Shown here: positions 1-9,610 of the stretch, piece after piece
Layout: every line of letters begins with the position of its first letter
How positions within the stretch are numbered: the first letter of the stretch is position 1
Virus record (IMG/VR): IMGVR_UViG_3300032232_000427
Location: 1 to 39,933 of that record
Source of the DNA: a virus
Lineage: Duplodnaviria; Caudoviricetes
Strand: one strand, 5' to 3'
Length of the DNA: 39,933 nt
Program-made: the position numbers and the translations under genes
Notes under the pieces: model-generated
Told to the model about the DNA's origin: nothing
Seen by the model: the letters and a program-made list of their open reading frames with translations, nothing else
Database searches by the model: none

Positions 1-177
1 GCTGGCGCATCGACTGTTACTGTAGCTGTAGCTACAAACGGTGTTTTGTCTAGCGCTGCTGTGGACACTGCCGGTTCATTTGGTGACCTGACTATTGCTT
101 CTGGTGCAACCGGTTTAGCCCGTTTTACCATCATGTTCTCAAGTGCAACAGCATACGCGTTCACACGTACAGCTTAA
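1..177 (+). CDS. 3' end of a truncated virion gene, probably a capsid decoration/minor capsid protein
   Basis: Frame 1 is open from base 1 (AGASTVTVAVATNG...AYAFTRTA) to TAA at 175-177. It is Ala/Thr/Gly-rich and followed by a strong terminator, as is typical after highly expressed capsid genes. Not in the ORF track. Confidence 0.6.
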   Translation, partial: AGASTVTVAVATNGVLSSAAVDTAGSFGDLTIASGATGLARFTIMFSSATAYAFTRTA

Positions 178-184
178 TATTTAT

Positions 185-206
185 CGGGGGTTCGCCCCCG
201 GTTTTT
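185..206 (+). terminator. Rho-independent terminator
   Basis: CGGGGG-TTCG-CCCCCG stem with a UUCG tetraloop followed by GTTTTT, 8 nt after the stop at 177. Confidence 0.9.
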
Positions 207-229
207 AAACTAACGCACTGGAGATAAAC

Positions 230-640
230 ATGGCAGATGCAGTAACCTCGCAAACGATCCTTGACGGTGAGCGCCTGTTCATCGCCAAGTTTACTAACAT
301 TTCTGACGGCACTGGTGAAACTGCTGTTTTGAAAATTGACGTTTCTACGCTGAACCCTAACTCATTTGGTCTAGCGTGTAATGGTGTCAAGCTCAACAAA
401 ATTTACGGAACCACTCACGGTATGGAAGTCCGTATCCTTTGGGACGCGACTACAGACCAATTCGCATGGCAGATTCCGCAAAACTCAAACTATTTGATGG
501 ATCTCTCGTCTTTTGGCGGTATTCCTAACAACGCCGGTGCAGGTAAAACCGGTGACGTGTTATTCACCACGGCAGACGCCAGCGCGGGTGACATGTATTC
601 TATCGTGCTTGAATGCCTAAAAACCTACGCAGACGCTTAA
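230..640 (+). CDS. Phage virion-associated protein of unknown function (136 aa)
   Basis: GGAG Shine-Dalgarno before the ATG, beta-rich composition, position in the head module. Confidence 0.75.
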   Translation: MADAVTSQTILDGERLFIAKFTNISDGTGETAVLKIDVSTLNPNSFGLACNGVKLNKIYGTTHGMEVRILWDATTDQFAWQIPQNSNYLMDLSSFGGIPNNAGAGKTGDVLFTTADASAGDMYSIVLECLKTYADA

Positions 641-650
641 GGAGCAAACC

Positions 651-959
651 ATGACAGTCGGAAAAGTAAAAGATTTCAATTTCTCTTCAGGCGGTATGGC
701 CAAAGGCTATGCTAAAGGCGGCAAGGTTTCTGAAGCTCCACGCATGATGCGTAAAGAAGTCGTGATGCGTGAAACCGTCAAAGCTCCGTCAGCTCCGCAG
801 GGAATGATCAAGAACCGTGGTGCACTGGGCGTTATGAATAACAAAAACCCCGGCGAAACTCGTATGAACACCGCGCCCAATCTGCCCGGTGAGAAAATGA
901 TGAGTAAAGGCGGTAAGATGATGAGCAAGGGCGGCAAAATGGGTAAGAGTAATTGCTAA
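651..959 (+). CDS. Small basic Lys/Met/Gly-rich protein with repeated xxGG motifs (possible internal core/DNA-condensing protein)
   Basis: AAGGAG SD; motifs FSSGG, YAKGGKV, MMSKGGK x2; strongly basic. Function is inferred. Confidence 0.7.
   Translation: MTVGKVKDFNFSSGGMAKGYAKGGKVSEAPRMMRKEVVMRETVKAPSAPQGMIKNRGALGVMNNKNPGETRMNTAPNLPGEKMMSKGGKMMSKGGKMGKSNC
897..938 (+). repeat. 21-bp tandem duplication encoding MMSKGGK twice
   Basis: ATGATGAGTAAAGGCGGTAAG / ATGATGAGCAAGGGCGGCAAA, differing only at synonymous positions. Confidence 0.85.
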
Positions 960-965
960 TTCCCT

Positions 966-993
966 TTGCTTTTTAGCAGGGTTGAATTATAAT
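966..993 (+). promoter_or_regulatory. Sigma70-like promoter upstream of the first adaptor-like gene
   Basis: TTGCTT (966-971), 16-nt spacer, TATAAT (988-993) in an AT-rich intergenic gap. Confidence 0.6.
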
Positions 994-1010
994 TTTGTCA
1001 ATATAGGGCG

Positions 1011-1027
1011 TGCTAGGACAGCTGCCA
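1011..1027 (+). promoter_or_regulatory. Leader hairpin element copy 1 (T-GCT-AGGAC-AGC-TGCCA)
   Basis: Shares sequence and pairing with 12679-12695 and 25671-25697. Confidence 0.45.
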
Positions 1028-1050
1028 TCTGACTACAACACGGGGTTAGC

Positions 1051-2040
1051 ATGGCATATTCAGGCACGGTGAGTACAACGACGTTTAACGCGCTGAAGGT
1101 GGTAGACCACGCCTTCAGGCGTTGCCGTCTGCCCGCTCAGGCTATCACAGCCGAGATGCAAACGTACGCGCTCGAGTCTCTTTATTTGTTTTTGTCAGAG
1201 CTGGCTAGCATCAAAACACCTAGTTGGTGTATTGAGAAAATGGTTCTGCCGATGTATCAGAACCAGCCTATCGTCACGCTGCCCAACGGCACGGTAGAAG
1301 TCCTCAATCTGAACTACCGCACACTTCAACCGGTCACGGGCGCGAATACGACAGCGGGTAACTTGTATCAAGTCAACTTCACTACTCAGACCGTAGTTGA
1401 TACGGTCGGTATTGAGTGGTCGGGCGCATCTACGCCGGTTAATTTTCAAGTGAGCACAAACGGCTCAGTCTGGGTAACAGTAGGTTCTTCTAGCGTCGTA
1501 GCTGTTGCCGGTGAGATCACGTGGACTGACATCTCTGGCGCTCTGCCCTATCAATACTTCCGTATTTATACGCAAGACCCTAACGCAACTTTGAACTATG
1601 CCGTGGTAAGCCTAGGTAACATGCCTCAAGAGATTCCGCTCGGGCAGTTGAACCGCGACAGCTACGTCAACCAGAGCAACAAAGTGTTTCCTGGTCGTCC
1701 TAGCAATTACTATTTTCAGCGTGACCTGCCTGAACCGGTAGTATACCTGTGGCCAGCGCCGTTCATCGCTGCTGAACAAGCTCAGTTAGTCCTCTGGCGG
1801 CATCGTCAGATCATGGACACAGCAAACCTACAGCAAGACGTAGAAGTGCCTCAGAGGTGGCTTAACGCTATTATTGACGGCTTGTCAGCTGAGGTTGCCG
1901 CTGAGACTCCGCAGGTTGACCCGCAAATTATGGCAGTGCTCGAGCAGAAAGCCGCTATGAGCCTGCAACGTGCGTGGGACGGTGACAATGACGGCTCACC
2001 TATTCAAATTAACCCCGGCATCGGAGTCTACACTAAATGA
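1051..2040 (+). CDS. Head-tail adaptor/neck-type virion protein with an inserted discoidin-like domain
   Basis: N-terminus MAYSGT...DHAFRRC and C-terminal GRPSNYYFQR...VYLWPAP...DVEVPQRW resemble podovirus adaptor proteins. The central FQVSTNGSVW...YQYFRIY is F5/8-type-C-like. Confidence 0.6.
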   Translation: MAYSGTVSTTTFNALKVVDHAFRRCRLPAQAITAEMQTYALESLYLFLSELASIKTPSWCIEKMVLPMYQNQPIVTLPNGTVEVLNLNYRTLQPVTGANTTAGNLYQVNFTTQTVVDTVGIEWSGASTPVNFQVSTNGSVWVTVGSSSVVAVAGEITWTDISGALPYQYFRIYTQDPNATLNYAVVSLGNMPQEIPLGQLNRDSYVNQSNKVFPGRPSNYYFQRDLPEPVVYLWPAPFIAAEQAQLVLWRHRQIMDTANLQQDVEVPQRWLNAIIDGLSAEVAAETPQVDPQIMAVLEQKAAMSLQRAWDGDNDGSPIQINPGIGVYTK

Positions 2041-2339
2041 GCGTATTTCTTGACCCGAGCGGCCAACCGACTTATGGTATTGCCATTTGCGGTCGTTGCT
2101 CGCGTAAGATGTTGCTCTCTGAGTTAGCCCCTGACCCAAATTACCCCGGCTTGATGGTTTGTGAAGAAGACCGCGACGAGTACGACCCGTACCGTCTCGC
2201 GCCTCGTCGTCCTGACCAAATTGTCCTTCCGTTCAATCGCCCGGACACACCGATTAACACTCACCCTGCTGGCGTAATTCAAGAAGCCGGTGATGAGTTC
2301 TTCATCACTGAAGACGGTGACGGCTACCTGGAGTTCTAA
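2037..2339 (+). CDS. Small putative Zn-binding virion-module protein
   Basis: ICGRC ... GLMVCEED motif; ATGA overlap with the upstream stop. Confidence 0.7.
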   Translation: MSVFLDPSGQPTYGIAICGRCSRKMLLSELAPDPNYPGLMVCEEDRDEYDPYRLAPRRPDQIVLPFNRPDTPINTHPAGVIQEAGDEFFITEDGDGYLEF

Positions 2340-5156
2340 ATGTCTGACGTCCCAAGTAATCTAATACCCACGCGAATCACGCAGCTGCCCGTAGCACCGG
2401 TGGCTAGTGAAAACAGTTTGATGATGATTGTCTATCAAGGCAATAATTATCAAATCCGCGTGGGCGACTTGTTGAGCGTAGCGGGTGTGCCTACTAGCAC
2501 GCAAGTGATCGCCGGTACGGGTATGACCGGGGGCGGTCAGCTGACGGGTAACGTAACCCTGAGCGTTGCCCCTAAAGGTATCAACAGCACTCTGATCAAT
2601 GATACAGGGGTTACTGCTGGTGTTTACGGTAACGCTACAAACATTCCGGTGTTTACCGTTGACAGCACCGGGCGCGTGACCGCAGCTACCACTGTCCCGG
2701 CTACCGGTGGTAGCGGTAGTTTTGTTCCTACTACAACGCAAGTTATAGCGGGTAACGGCTTGACTGGCGGCGGGGCTTTGAGCGGTAACGTCACGCTGAC
2801 GGCTAACTTCAGCTCTGCTTTACCACAGGCGGGTTTTCAAACCGGTTCAGCCGGGGTAGCAAATACGCTGTCTCGCGGCGATCACAAACACCCCGCAGTT
2901 GACCTGTCAGCTGATGATCAAGTAGACAATATTCTCGGTTTGAACAACGGCGGTACGGCTCGCAGTTTAGTCATGCAGCCGGGGGCGGTTATTTGGTCCG
3001 GTGCTGACGGCTTGTACGTTGGTCCCGCCGGTGCTGCCGGGCAAGTGTTGCTTTCAGGTGGCACTAGTCAATATACTTGGTCCAATCAAAGTGGACTCAA
3101 CGTAGGTCAGGCTAACAACATCAACGGTGGTGTAGCTAATCAGGTGCTTTACCAAACTGCTGCGGGAACCACCGGGTTTGTACCCGCTCCTACGAGCGCT
3201 AACACGATTTTATACTGGAACGGTACTAACCTCGTATGGGGTTCAGTACCCGGCACAGGTACAGTCACCTCAGTCGGATTGGCGTTACCCGTTGATTTTG
3301 CTGTTTCAAACTCACCCGTAACGTCTAGCGGCACATTGACCGCCGCGTGGTTGGCTCAACCGGCTAATCGGGTTTTATCAGGACCAACTAGCGGTGTTGA
3401 CGCTACTCCGACTTTCCGCTCTCTGACTAACCAAGACATCCCTTCGGCGTTGTCTGGTAAAACAATCACTGGTAGCACAATCAACAGCACAACTATCGGC
3501 GCTACCACCCCTTCTAGCGGGGTGTTTACGACAGTTGATGCGACTGACGTGACCGCGTCTTTAGTTGATGCGACTAACCTTGAGGTTATGAACCTGAAGG
3601 CCAAAGACGGCACAGCTGCGGGTTCTATTGCTGACATAACCGGTGTTGTAACTCTGAACTCAGCGGTGCTAACCACGGCTGATATTAACGGAGGTACAGT
3701 AGACGGCGCGGTTATCGGTGGCTCTAGTGCGGCGGCTATCACCGGCACAACTATCACGGCTACTACGCAATTTAATGGTCCGGGTACGGGTTTGACCGGA
3801 ACGGCTACAAGTTTGTCTATCGGCGGTAACGCAGCTACGGCTACTACGGCTACAACCGCAACTACGGCTACAACCGCTACCACGGCCACCACCGCGACTA
3901 ACATCGCTGGGGGCGCTGCGGGTTCAATACCTTACCAGACCGGCTCAGGCGCGACCTCATTGCTTGCCGCTGGTACGGGTGTTTTAGTTGCCGGTTCAAC
4001 TCCTAGCTACAGCACGACACCGACTCTCACCGGTACAAATTTCAGCGCTATACCTAACGCGGCGTTGACAAACAGTTCGGTGACTCTAGGCACCACCGCT
4101 GTGTCATTAGGCGCTACGTCTCTGACATTGGGCGGGTTGACTTCAGTCGCGGTTACACAAGACCCCGTTAGTAATTTTCAAGTAGCTACAAAACAGTACG
4201 TAGACGGTTTAGTTACGCAAGGTATCTCGTATCATGAGCCTGTTTTCGTTGAATCACCAAACACCACCGGCAATCTGAACGCTACGTACAATAACGGTAC
4301 AGCCGGTGTGGGTGCTACTCTGACGAACGCCGGTACTCAAGTCGCGCTGACGGTTGACGGTATATTGATGACTGTTGGTAAGCGGGTGCTAGTTTATAAC
4401 CAAACAGCTCAAGCAGAAAACGGTGTCTACACAGTGACCACGGTAGGTGACGGCTCAACTAATTGGGTGCTCACCCGAGCTACAGACGCAAACACTTACG
4501 GTCTACGCGACCCTAACGCGCTCGGTTATAATGATGCGTTCTTTGTCACCAACGGTAATACCGGCGCGGGTGAGACTTACGTCTGCACAACTTCAGGTGT
4601 TATCACTTTTGGTACAACGGCTATTACGTTTGCTCAGATCAGTTCTGCGCAAGTTTACACCGGTGGCACGGGTATAACTGTAGCTGGAACAGTAATTAGC
4701 CTTAGCAACACAGCTGTAACGGCAGGTGCTTATGGCTCGGCTACGCAAGTTGGCACGTTCTCAGTCAACGCCCAAGGTCAGCTGACGCTAGCAGGTAACA
4801 CCACAGTGACCCCAGCGGTTGGTTCTATTACGGGACTCGGAACCGGAGTGGCTACTGCGCTAGCGGTGAACGTAGGTTCAGCGGGTGCTCCCGTCGTAAA
4901 CGGTGGCGCTCTCGGAACCCCTAGCTCCGGTACGTTGACAAACGCAACCGGTCTGCCTTTGACCACCGGCGTGACTGGCACGCTTCCTATCGCAAACGGC
5001 GGTACAAACTCAACAGCCGCACCTACGGCGGGCGGGGCAATATACGGCACAGGAACGGCTTACGCTGTAACTGCTGCGGGTACAGCCGGGCAAGTTTTGA
5101 TTTCTGCGGGAGCAAGCGCCCCGGTTTGGGGTAATCTTGACGGAGGCACATTCTGA
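2340..5156 (+). CDS. Long tail fibre protein (938 aa)
   Basis: Gly/Thr/Ala-rich with internal repeats (TQVIAGxGxTGGGxLxGNVTL x2; VTAGxYGxAT x2), ATKQYVD, RVLVxNQTxxxENGVY and LPIANGGT fibre motifs; ends in DGGTF. Confidence 0.85.
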   Translation: MSDVPSNLIPTRITQLPVAPVASENSLMMIVYQGNNYQIRVGDLLSVAGVPTSTQVIAGTGMTGGGQLTGNVTLSVAPKGINSTLINDTGVTAGVYGNATNIPVFTVDSTGRVTAATTVPATGGSGSFVPTTTQVIAGNGLTGGGALSGNVTLTANFSSALPQAGFQTGSAGVANTLSRGDHKHPAVDLSADDQVDNILGLNNGGTARSLVMQPGAVIWSGADGLYVGPAGAAGQVLLSGGTSQYTWSNQSGLNVGQANNINGGVANQVLYQTAAGTTGFVPAPTSANTILYWNGTNLVWGSVPGTGTVTSVGLALPVDFAVSNSPVTSSGTLTAAWLAQPANRVLSGPTSGVDATPTFRSLTNQDIPSALSGKTITGSTINSTTIGATTPSSGVFTTVDATDVTASLVDATNLEVMNLKAKDGTAAGSIADITGVVTLNSAVLTTADINGGTVDGAVIGGSSAAAITGTTITATTQFNGPGTGLTGTATSLSIGGNAATATTATTATTATTATTATTATNIAGGAAGSIPYQTGSGATSLLAAGTGVLVAGSTPSYSTTPTLTGTNFSAIPNAALTNSSVTLGTTAVSLGATSLTLGGLTSVAVTQDPVSNFQVATKQYVDGLVTQGISYHEPVFVESPNTTGNLNATYNNGTAGVGATLTNAGTQVALTVDGILMTVGKRVLVYNQTAQAENGVYTVTTVGDGSTNWVLTRATDANTYGLRDPNALGYNDAFFVTNGNTGAGETYVCTTSGVITFGTTAITFAQISSAQVYTGGTGITVAGTVISLSNTAVTAGAYGSATQVGTFSVNAQGQLTLAGNTTVTPAVGSITGLGTGVATALAVNVGSAGAPVVNGGALGTPSSGTLTNATGLPLTTGVTGTLPIANGGTNSTAAPTAGGAIYGTGTAYAVTAAGTAGQVLISAGASAPVWGNLDGGTF
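3834..3899 (+). repeat. Degenerate 9-bp tandem repeat encoding (Ala-Thr-Thr)n within the tail fibre
   Basis: GCTACTACG GCTACAACC GCAACTACG... translates to ATATTATTATTATTATTATTAT. Confidence 0.85.
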
Positions 5157-5500
5157 TGATTGAAGACTTGATCGAACGCCTATTCCACGCACGAAACGCG
5201 GCTCATATCGCGCACTGGAAAACGAAATCATACGCTGAGCATAAAGCCCTCGGGCATTATTACGAAGACGTGATTGAGCAACTTGACAGTTTGATTGAAG
5301 CCTATCAAGGCACTTTTGGCATCATCGGCAGCGTTGAAGACCAAGAGAAAAGCGTTGCAAAACTCATTCATGATGATATAATTTGGCTGAATGAAAACCG
5401 AAGCAAGGTCGCTAAGGGTGTTCCAGCTTTAGAGAACATTGTAGATGAACTCACCGGGCTACACATGAAGACCCTTTACAAACTTGAAAACTTGAGGTAA
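5156..5500 (+). CDS. Dps/ferritin-like four-helix protein (DUF5856-like)
   Basis: H20-W21, H29, D44 and E48 match the spacing of the Dps ferroxidase ligands (HW...H-x14-D-x3-E); TGATG overlap with the fibre gene. Confidence 0.7.
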   Translation: MIEDLIERLFHARNAAHIAHWKTKSYAEHKALGHYYEDVIEQLDSLIEAYQGTFGIIGSVEDQEKSVAKLIHDDIIWLNENRSKVAKGVPALENIVDELTGLHMKTLYKLENLR

Positions 5501-5505
5501 CAAAC

Positions 5506-5817
5506 ATGGCACAAACGGGTTATACTCCGATTCAGCTTTACCGTTCAACAACGGGCGGCGCAGTACCGGTTACGGGTAATTTGAACCCCGGCGAACTTGC
5601 GATCAACATCGCCAACACAGATATGGCGCTGTTTGCTGAGAACGCCTCAGGTACAGTGACGCGCCTTATAAACAACCCCGCCGGTTTGAAGTACCCGACC
5701 GCTGACGGCGCTGGTGGTCAGGCGGTTGTTACCGACGGAGCCGGGAACCTTTCATTTGGTTCCGCTGGCGTTTCAACAGGCAAAGCTATCGCCATGGCGA
5801 TGATTTTCGGATTCTAA
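5506..5817 (+). CDS. Short tail-fibre-associated protein
   Basis: IQLYRSTT...GELAIN is a common N-terminal fibre module; also GQAVVTDGAGNLSF and C-terminal GKAIAMAMIFG; GAGG SD. Confidence 0.65.
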   Translation: MAQTGYTPIQLYRSTTGGAVPVTGNLNPGELAINIANTDMALFAENASGTVTRLINNPAGLKYPTADGAGGQAVVTDGAGNLSFGSAGVSTGKAIAMAMIFGF

Positions 5818-5827
5818 GGAGCTATAA

Positions 5828-6199
5828 ATGGCAAACCCCAATATTGTAAACGTAACGTCGATCTACGGCAATACGTCTTACCTCATCCCGAGCACGACTA
5901 GCGTCACAACTTGGACGGCGTTGACTCCGGCTGTCGGCACGGTCAACAAAATTGACAACATTGTTGCGGCTAACGTAACCGCTTCTGCCGTTGCTGTGAC
6001 CGTTTCTATCAACAGCGCAATTAGCGGCGGCGGTACAGCTTACCGTATTGCTTACCAGATCAGCGTACCTGCAAATGCTTCATTGATCATTGTTGACAAG
6101 ACCACTGCGTTTTATGTTGGCGAAGCCCAATCAATCGTGGTAACTGTTGCAACTAGTAACGCTATTGAACTTACAGCCAGCTACGAAGCAATTACTTAA
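5828..6199 (+). CDS. Small beta-rich tail/virion protein
   Basis: AAGGAG SD; VPANASLIIVDK...SYEAIT pattern; tail-module context. Confidence 0.7.
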   Translation: MANPNIVNVTSIYGNTSYLIPSTTSVTTWTALTPAVGTVNKIDNIVAANVTASAVAVTVSINSAISGGGTAYRIAYQISVPANASLIIVDKTTAFYVGEAQSIVVTVATSNAIELTASYEAIT

Positions 6200-6212
6200 A
6201 TAGGAGCGACAT

Positions 6213-7358
6213 ATGTCAATGCGCTATCAAGCGGCCATATTGACCGCTTCCTATTTTCCGTTGAAGACTCCGAGCGCACCTACTATTGGTACGGCTACTG
6301 TAGCAACCGGTACTTCTGTTTCTGTGACGTTTACCGCGCCTACCGATATCGGCGGCGGCGCTATTTCAAGTTACACAGTAGTTTCTTCTCCTGGTAACAT
6401 AATTGCTAGCGGCTCATCTTCACCTATAACTGTGACCGGTCTGACTACCGGTACAGCTTATTCTTTTCAAGTTTTTGCTAACAACGCTTACGGTAATAGC
6501 CCTGCTAGCGCATCAAGCAATGTGGTTACACCTGCGGTTATTGGCCAGCAAACATTTACGTCATCTGATACTTGGACCGCGCCTGCAGGAGTTACCTCGG
6601 TGTCTGTTTTAGCGATTGGCGGCGGTGGTGGTGCATTATATGCAAACGCTGATCAAAACAATCCTGGGTCTGGTGGTGGCGGTCTTGGGTATATCAATAA
6701 TTATACTGTTGTACCCGGTAATACGTATACTGTTGTTGTTGGCGCGGGTGGTGCTCAAAATCAAAACGGCTCAGCTTCTTATTTTATTTCTACTTCTGTT
6801 GTCCGGGGTGGTGGTGGAACATTAGGTACAACTCCTTCTGGATCAGACCCTGCACCGGGCGGCGCTGGCGGTACATACACCGGAACTGGCGGCGGTAATG
6901 GCGGTAACGGCGGCGCAAGCGGAGGTAATCAACCTGGTGGCGGTGGCGGAGCTGGCGGCTACGGCGGTAATGGTGGTGTAGGCGGATCTGGTGGCGGTGG
7001 CGGTGGAAGCGGTGGAACAGGTAGTAACGGCGGTGGCGGTGGTGGGTTTGGTGGTCCTGGCGGAGCTTCTGGTGCATCAGGCGGTGGCGGTGTTGGAATA
7101 CTGGGCCAAGGAACAAATGGAGCAGCCGGCACAAGCAGCACATTTGTCGGCGGTGGCGGTTCTGGTGGAACTAATGGACAAAGCGGCAGCAATAATTATC
7201 ATAATTCCGGAGGCGGTGTTTATGGGGGCGGCGCTGGAGGATATTTATATTTTTCCGGCGGCGGTCCAATAACAACAGCCGGTGGTAATGGTGTAGTCCG
7301 TATCATTTGGCCAGGAACAACTCGTCAATTCCCATCGACGAATACAGGGGATTTGTAA
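6213..7358 (+). CDS. Tail protein: FN3 domain plus glycine-rich domain
   Basis: FN3 signature PSAPT...VTFTAP...ITVTGLTTGTAYSFQVFANNAYG, then WTAPAGVTSVSVLAIGGGG and long GG-rich segments ending GGNGVVRIIW. Confidence 0.85.
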   Translation: MSMRYQAAILTASYFPLKTPSAPTIGTATVATGTSVSVTFTAPTDIGGGAISSYTVVSSPGNIIASGSSSPITVTGLTTGTAYSFQVFANNAYGNSPASASSNVVTPAVIGQQTFTSSDTWTAPAGVTSVSVLAIGGGGGALYANADQNNPGSGGGGLGYINNYTVVPGNTYTVVVGAGGAQNQNGSASYFISTSVVRGGGGTLGTTPSGSDPAPGGAGGTYTGTGGGNGGNGGASGGNQPGGGGGAGGYGGNGGVGGSGGGGGGSGGTGSNGGGGGGFGGPGGASGASGGGGVGILGQGTNGAAGTSSTFVGGGGSGGTNGQSGSNNYHNSGGGVYGGGAGGYLYFSGGGPITTAGGNGVVRIIWPGTTRQFPSTNTGDL

Positions 7359-9601
7359 TGCCTAATTTTAACGGTCTATGGACCTCCAGACAACAAATGC
7401 AAGCCCGTGGGGGTAACACTTGGCCATCTGTGCCCGGTGCTCCTACGAGCCCTGTTGCTACGGCGGGTAACCAGTCTGCATCTGTTGCCTTTGTTGCTCC
7501 TGCTGATACAGGCTTTCCTGCCAATGCAATCACCGGCTACCGCGTGACTTCTACTCCCGGCGGCTTTACCGGCACGGGTTTGACTTCACCCGTGACTGTC
7601 ACAGGCTTGACCAACGGCACGGCTTACACCTTTACCGTCGCTGCTCAGAACGTAAATGGCTACGGACCAGAAAGCATTGCTTCTAACAGTGTGACGCCCG
7701 TCAACCCTAACTATATTGAGCAAGTTTTCAATACGTATCTTTGGACAGGTAATGACGCCACGCAAACTATCACCAACAATGTCAACTTATCTGCTAATGG
7801 TGGGTTAGTTTGGATTAAAGCTAGAACAGCGACGTACAGTCATATTTTGTCAGACACAATTAGAGGCACAGGTAAGTTTCTATCAAGTAATACAACAGAC
7901 GCACAAGGTACGGATGCCCAAGACGTTACGGCATTTAATACCACTGGTTTTACCATTGGTAATAACGCAAGGATAAACAATCCGTCGTTTACTTATGTTG
8001 GGTGGACGTTCCGAGAGCAAGCTAAATTTTTTGATGTTGTGACGTATACGGGGAATGGAACAACACAAGCTATTGCACACAACCTTGGTTCAACTCCGGG
8101 GTTTGTTATGGTTAAGGGTACATCTCTATCATCAGATTGGCGTTGTTTTCACAGATCAACGCCTACGGGATATTTTTACCTTAACGCAACTGACGCCCTA
8201 GAAACTACTAGCGCCGCAAATAACTTTGGTAATAATTCAACAGTAGTAGCTCCAACAAGCACAACCCTTACTGTTGGAAGCGGTGGAGCCTTAAATGGTT
8301 CTGGTCAAACCTATATTGCCTACCTATTCGCCCATGACGCAGGTGGCTTTGGCTTGACTGGTTCTGATAATGTAATTACTTGTGGGTCATTTACCACTGA
8401 CGGTAGCGGCGCGGCTTCAGTAACTCTTGGCTACGAGCCACAGTGGGTGATGCAAAAAAGAACGGATTCCAGCACGGGTGGTAATTGGTACGTTGCGGAC
8501 AACATGCGCGGGATGGGCGTTAACGGTTCTCGCGGGCTTTTTCCAAATCTTACTGACATAGAAGAAACTACAGACCAAGGACCGGCTAGGATTAACGCAA
8601 CAGGGTTTACCGCAAGCAGGTTTGCAAATGCAACCTACATCTACGTAGCCATTCGCCGTGGTCCAATGGCCGCACCTACTACGGGTACGAGTGTGTTTAG
8701 TCCTCAAGCCGTTAACGTATCAGCAGGAACAAAAATAACAACTGGTTTTCCTGTTGATTGGCAAATTGATTACTACCGTGGTATTGCTGCTAACTACAAC
8801 AGCATTAACTTTAGTCGTTTAACTGGAGTTTCATCTAATAGTACAAATAGTGGTCAATGTTTGTGGACTGCAAAAACAGATGCTGAAGCAACATTTGCTG
8901 GCACATTGGCTTGGGACAACACAGGCTACCAACAAACAGGTAATCTTTGGCCTAATATTAACAATATTTACTGGAACTTTGCCCGCGCCCCCAGCTTCTT
9001 TGATGAGGTTTGCGATACAGGGACGGGATCAACGCACACAATTACTCATAATTTAGGGGTTGTGCCTGAGTTAATGATTCGTAAAAGCAGGTCGCAATCA
9101 TCGACATCTTGGTACTGTTATGTTGCCAGTGAGGGCGCTTCACGCAGGGGGTTTTTGAACTACGACTTTGCTTGGGGTGGCCCAGACAATTCTATTTGGG
9201 GTGGGACAACTCCAACGAGCACTGTGTTCACTGTGGGGGCTGATAGCAATGTAAACAACAACGCATCTACCTACGTCACTTACCTCTTCGCAACCTGTGC
9301 TGGTGTATCCAAAGTAGGCAGCTATACTGGCACAGGCGCAACTCAGACTATAGCTTGTGGTTTTGCCGCAGGGGCGCGGTTTGTCTTGATCAAGCGAACA
9401 GACTCCACCGGAGATTGGTATGTGTGGGATACGGTTCGCGGTATGGTTTCAGGCACTGACCCGTCACTACTGCTCAACACCACTGGCGCTGAAGTAAACG
9501 CCAACAGCGTGTACACGATCACGACAGGCTTCCAGATCGTCAGCACTGCGGCAGGTATCAATGCTTCAGGCGGCACGTACATTTTCTTAGCGATTGCGTA
9601 A
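7358..9601 (+). CDS. Tail/receptor-binding protein: FN3 plus repeated YTGxG/HNLG..P beta modules (start corrected to ATG 7358)
   Basis: TAATG overlap with the upstream stop at 7356-7358 supports the start MPNFNGLWT; FN3 signature; repeats WTGNDAT, YTGNGTT, HNLGSTP, HNLGVVP, YTGTGAT. Confidence 0.85.
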   Translation: MPNFNGLWTSRQQMQARGGNTWPSVPGAPTSPVATAGNQSASVAFVAPADTGFPANAITGYRVTSTPGGFTGTGLTSPVTVTGLTNGTAYTFTVAAQNVNGYGPESIASNSVTPVNPNYIEQVFNTYLWTGNDATQTITNNVNLSANGGLVWIKARTATYSHILSDTIRGTGKFLSSNTTDAQGTDAQDVTAFNTTGFTIGNNARINNPSFTYVGWTFREQAKFFDVVTYTGNGTTQAIAHNLGSTPGFVMVKGTSLSSDWRCFHRSTPTGYFYLNATDALETTSAANNFGNNSTVVAPTSTTLTVGSGGALNGSGQTYIAYLFAHDAGGFGLTGSDNVITCGSFTTDGSGAASVTLGYEPQWVMQKRTDSSTGGNWYVADNMRGMGVNGSRGLFPNLTDIEETTDQGPARINATGFTASRFANATYIYVAIRRGPMAAPTTGTSVFSPQAVNVSAGTKITTGFPVDWQIDYYRGIAANYNSINFSRLTGVSSNSTNSGQCLWTAKTDAEATFAGTLAWDNTGYQQTGNLWPNINNIYWNFARAPSFFDEVCDTGTGSTHTITHNLGVVPELMIRKSRSQSSTSWYCYVASEGASRRGFLNYDFAWGGPDNSIWGGTTPTSTVFTVGADSNVNNNASTYVTYLFATCAGVSKVGSYTGTGATQTIACGFAAGARFVLIKRTDSTGDWYVWDTVRGMVSGTDPSLLLNTTGAEVNANSVYTITTGFQIVSTAAGINASGGTYIFLAIA

Positions 9602-9610
9602 GGACAAGAC

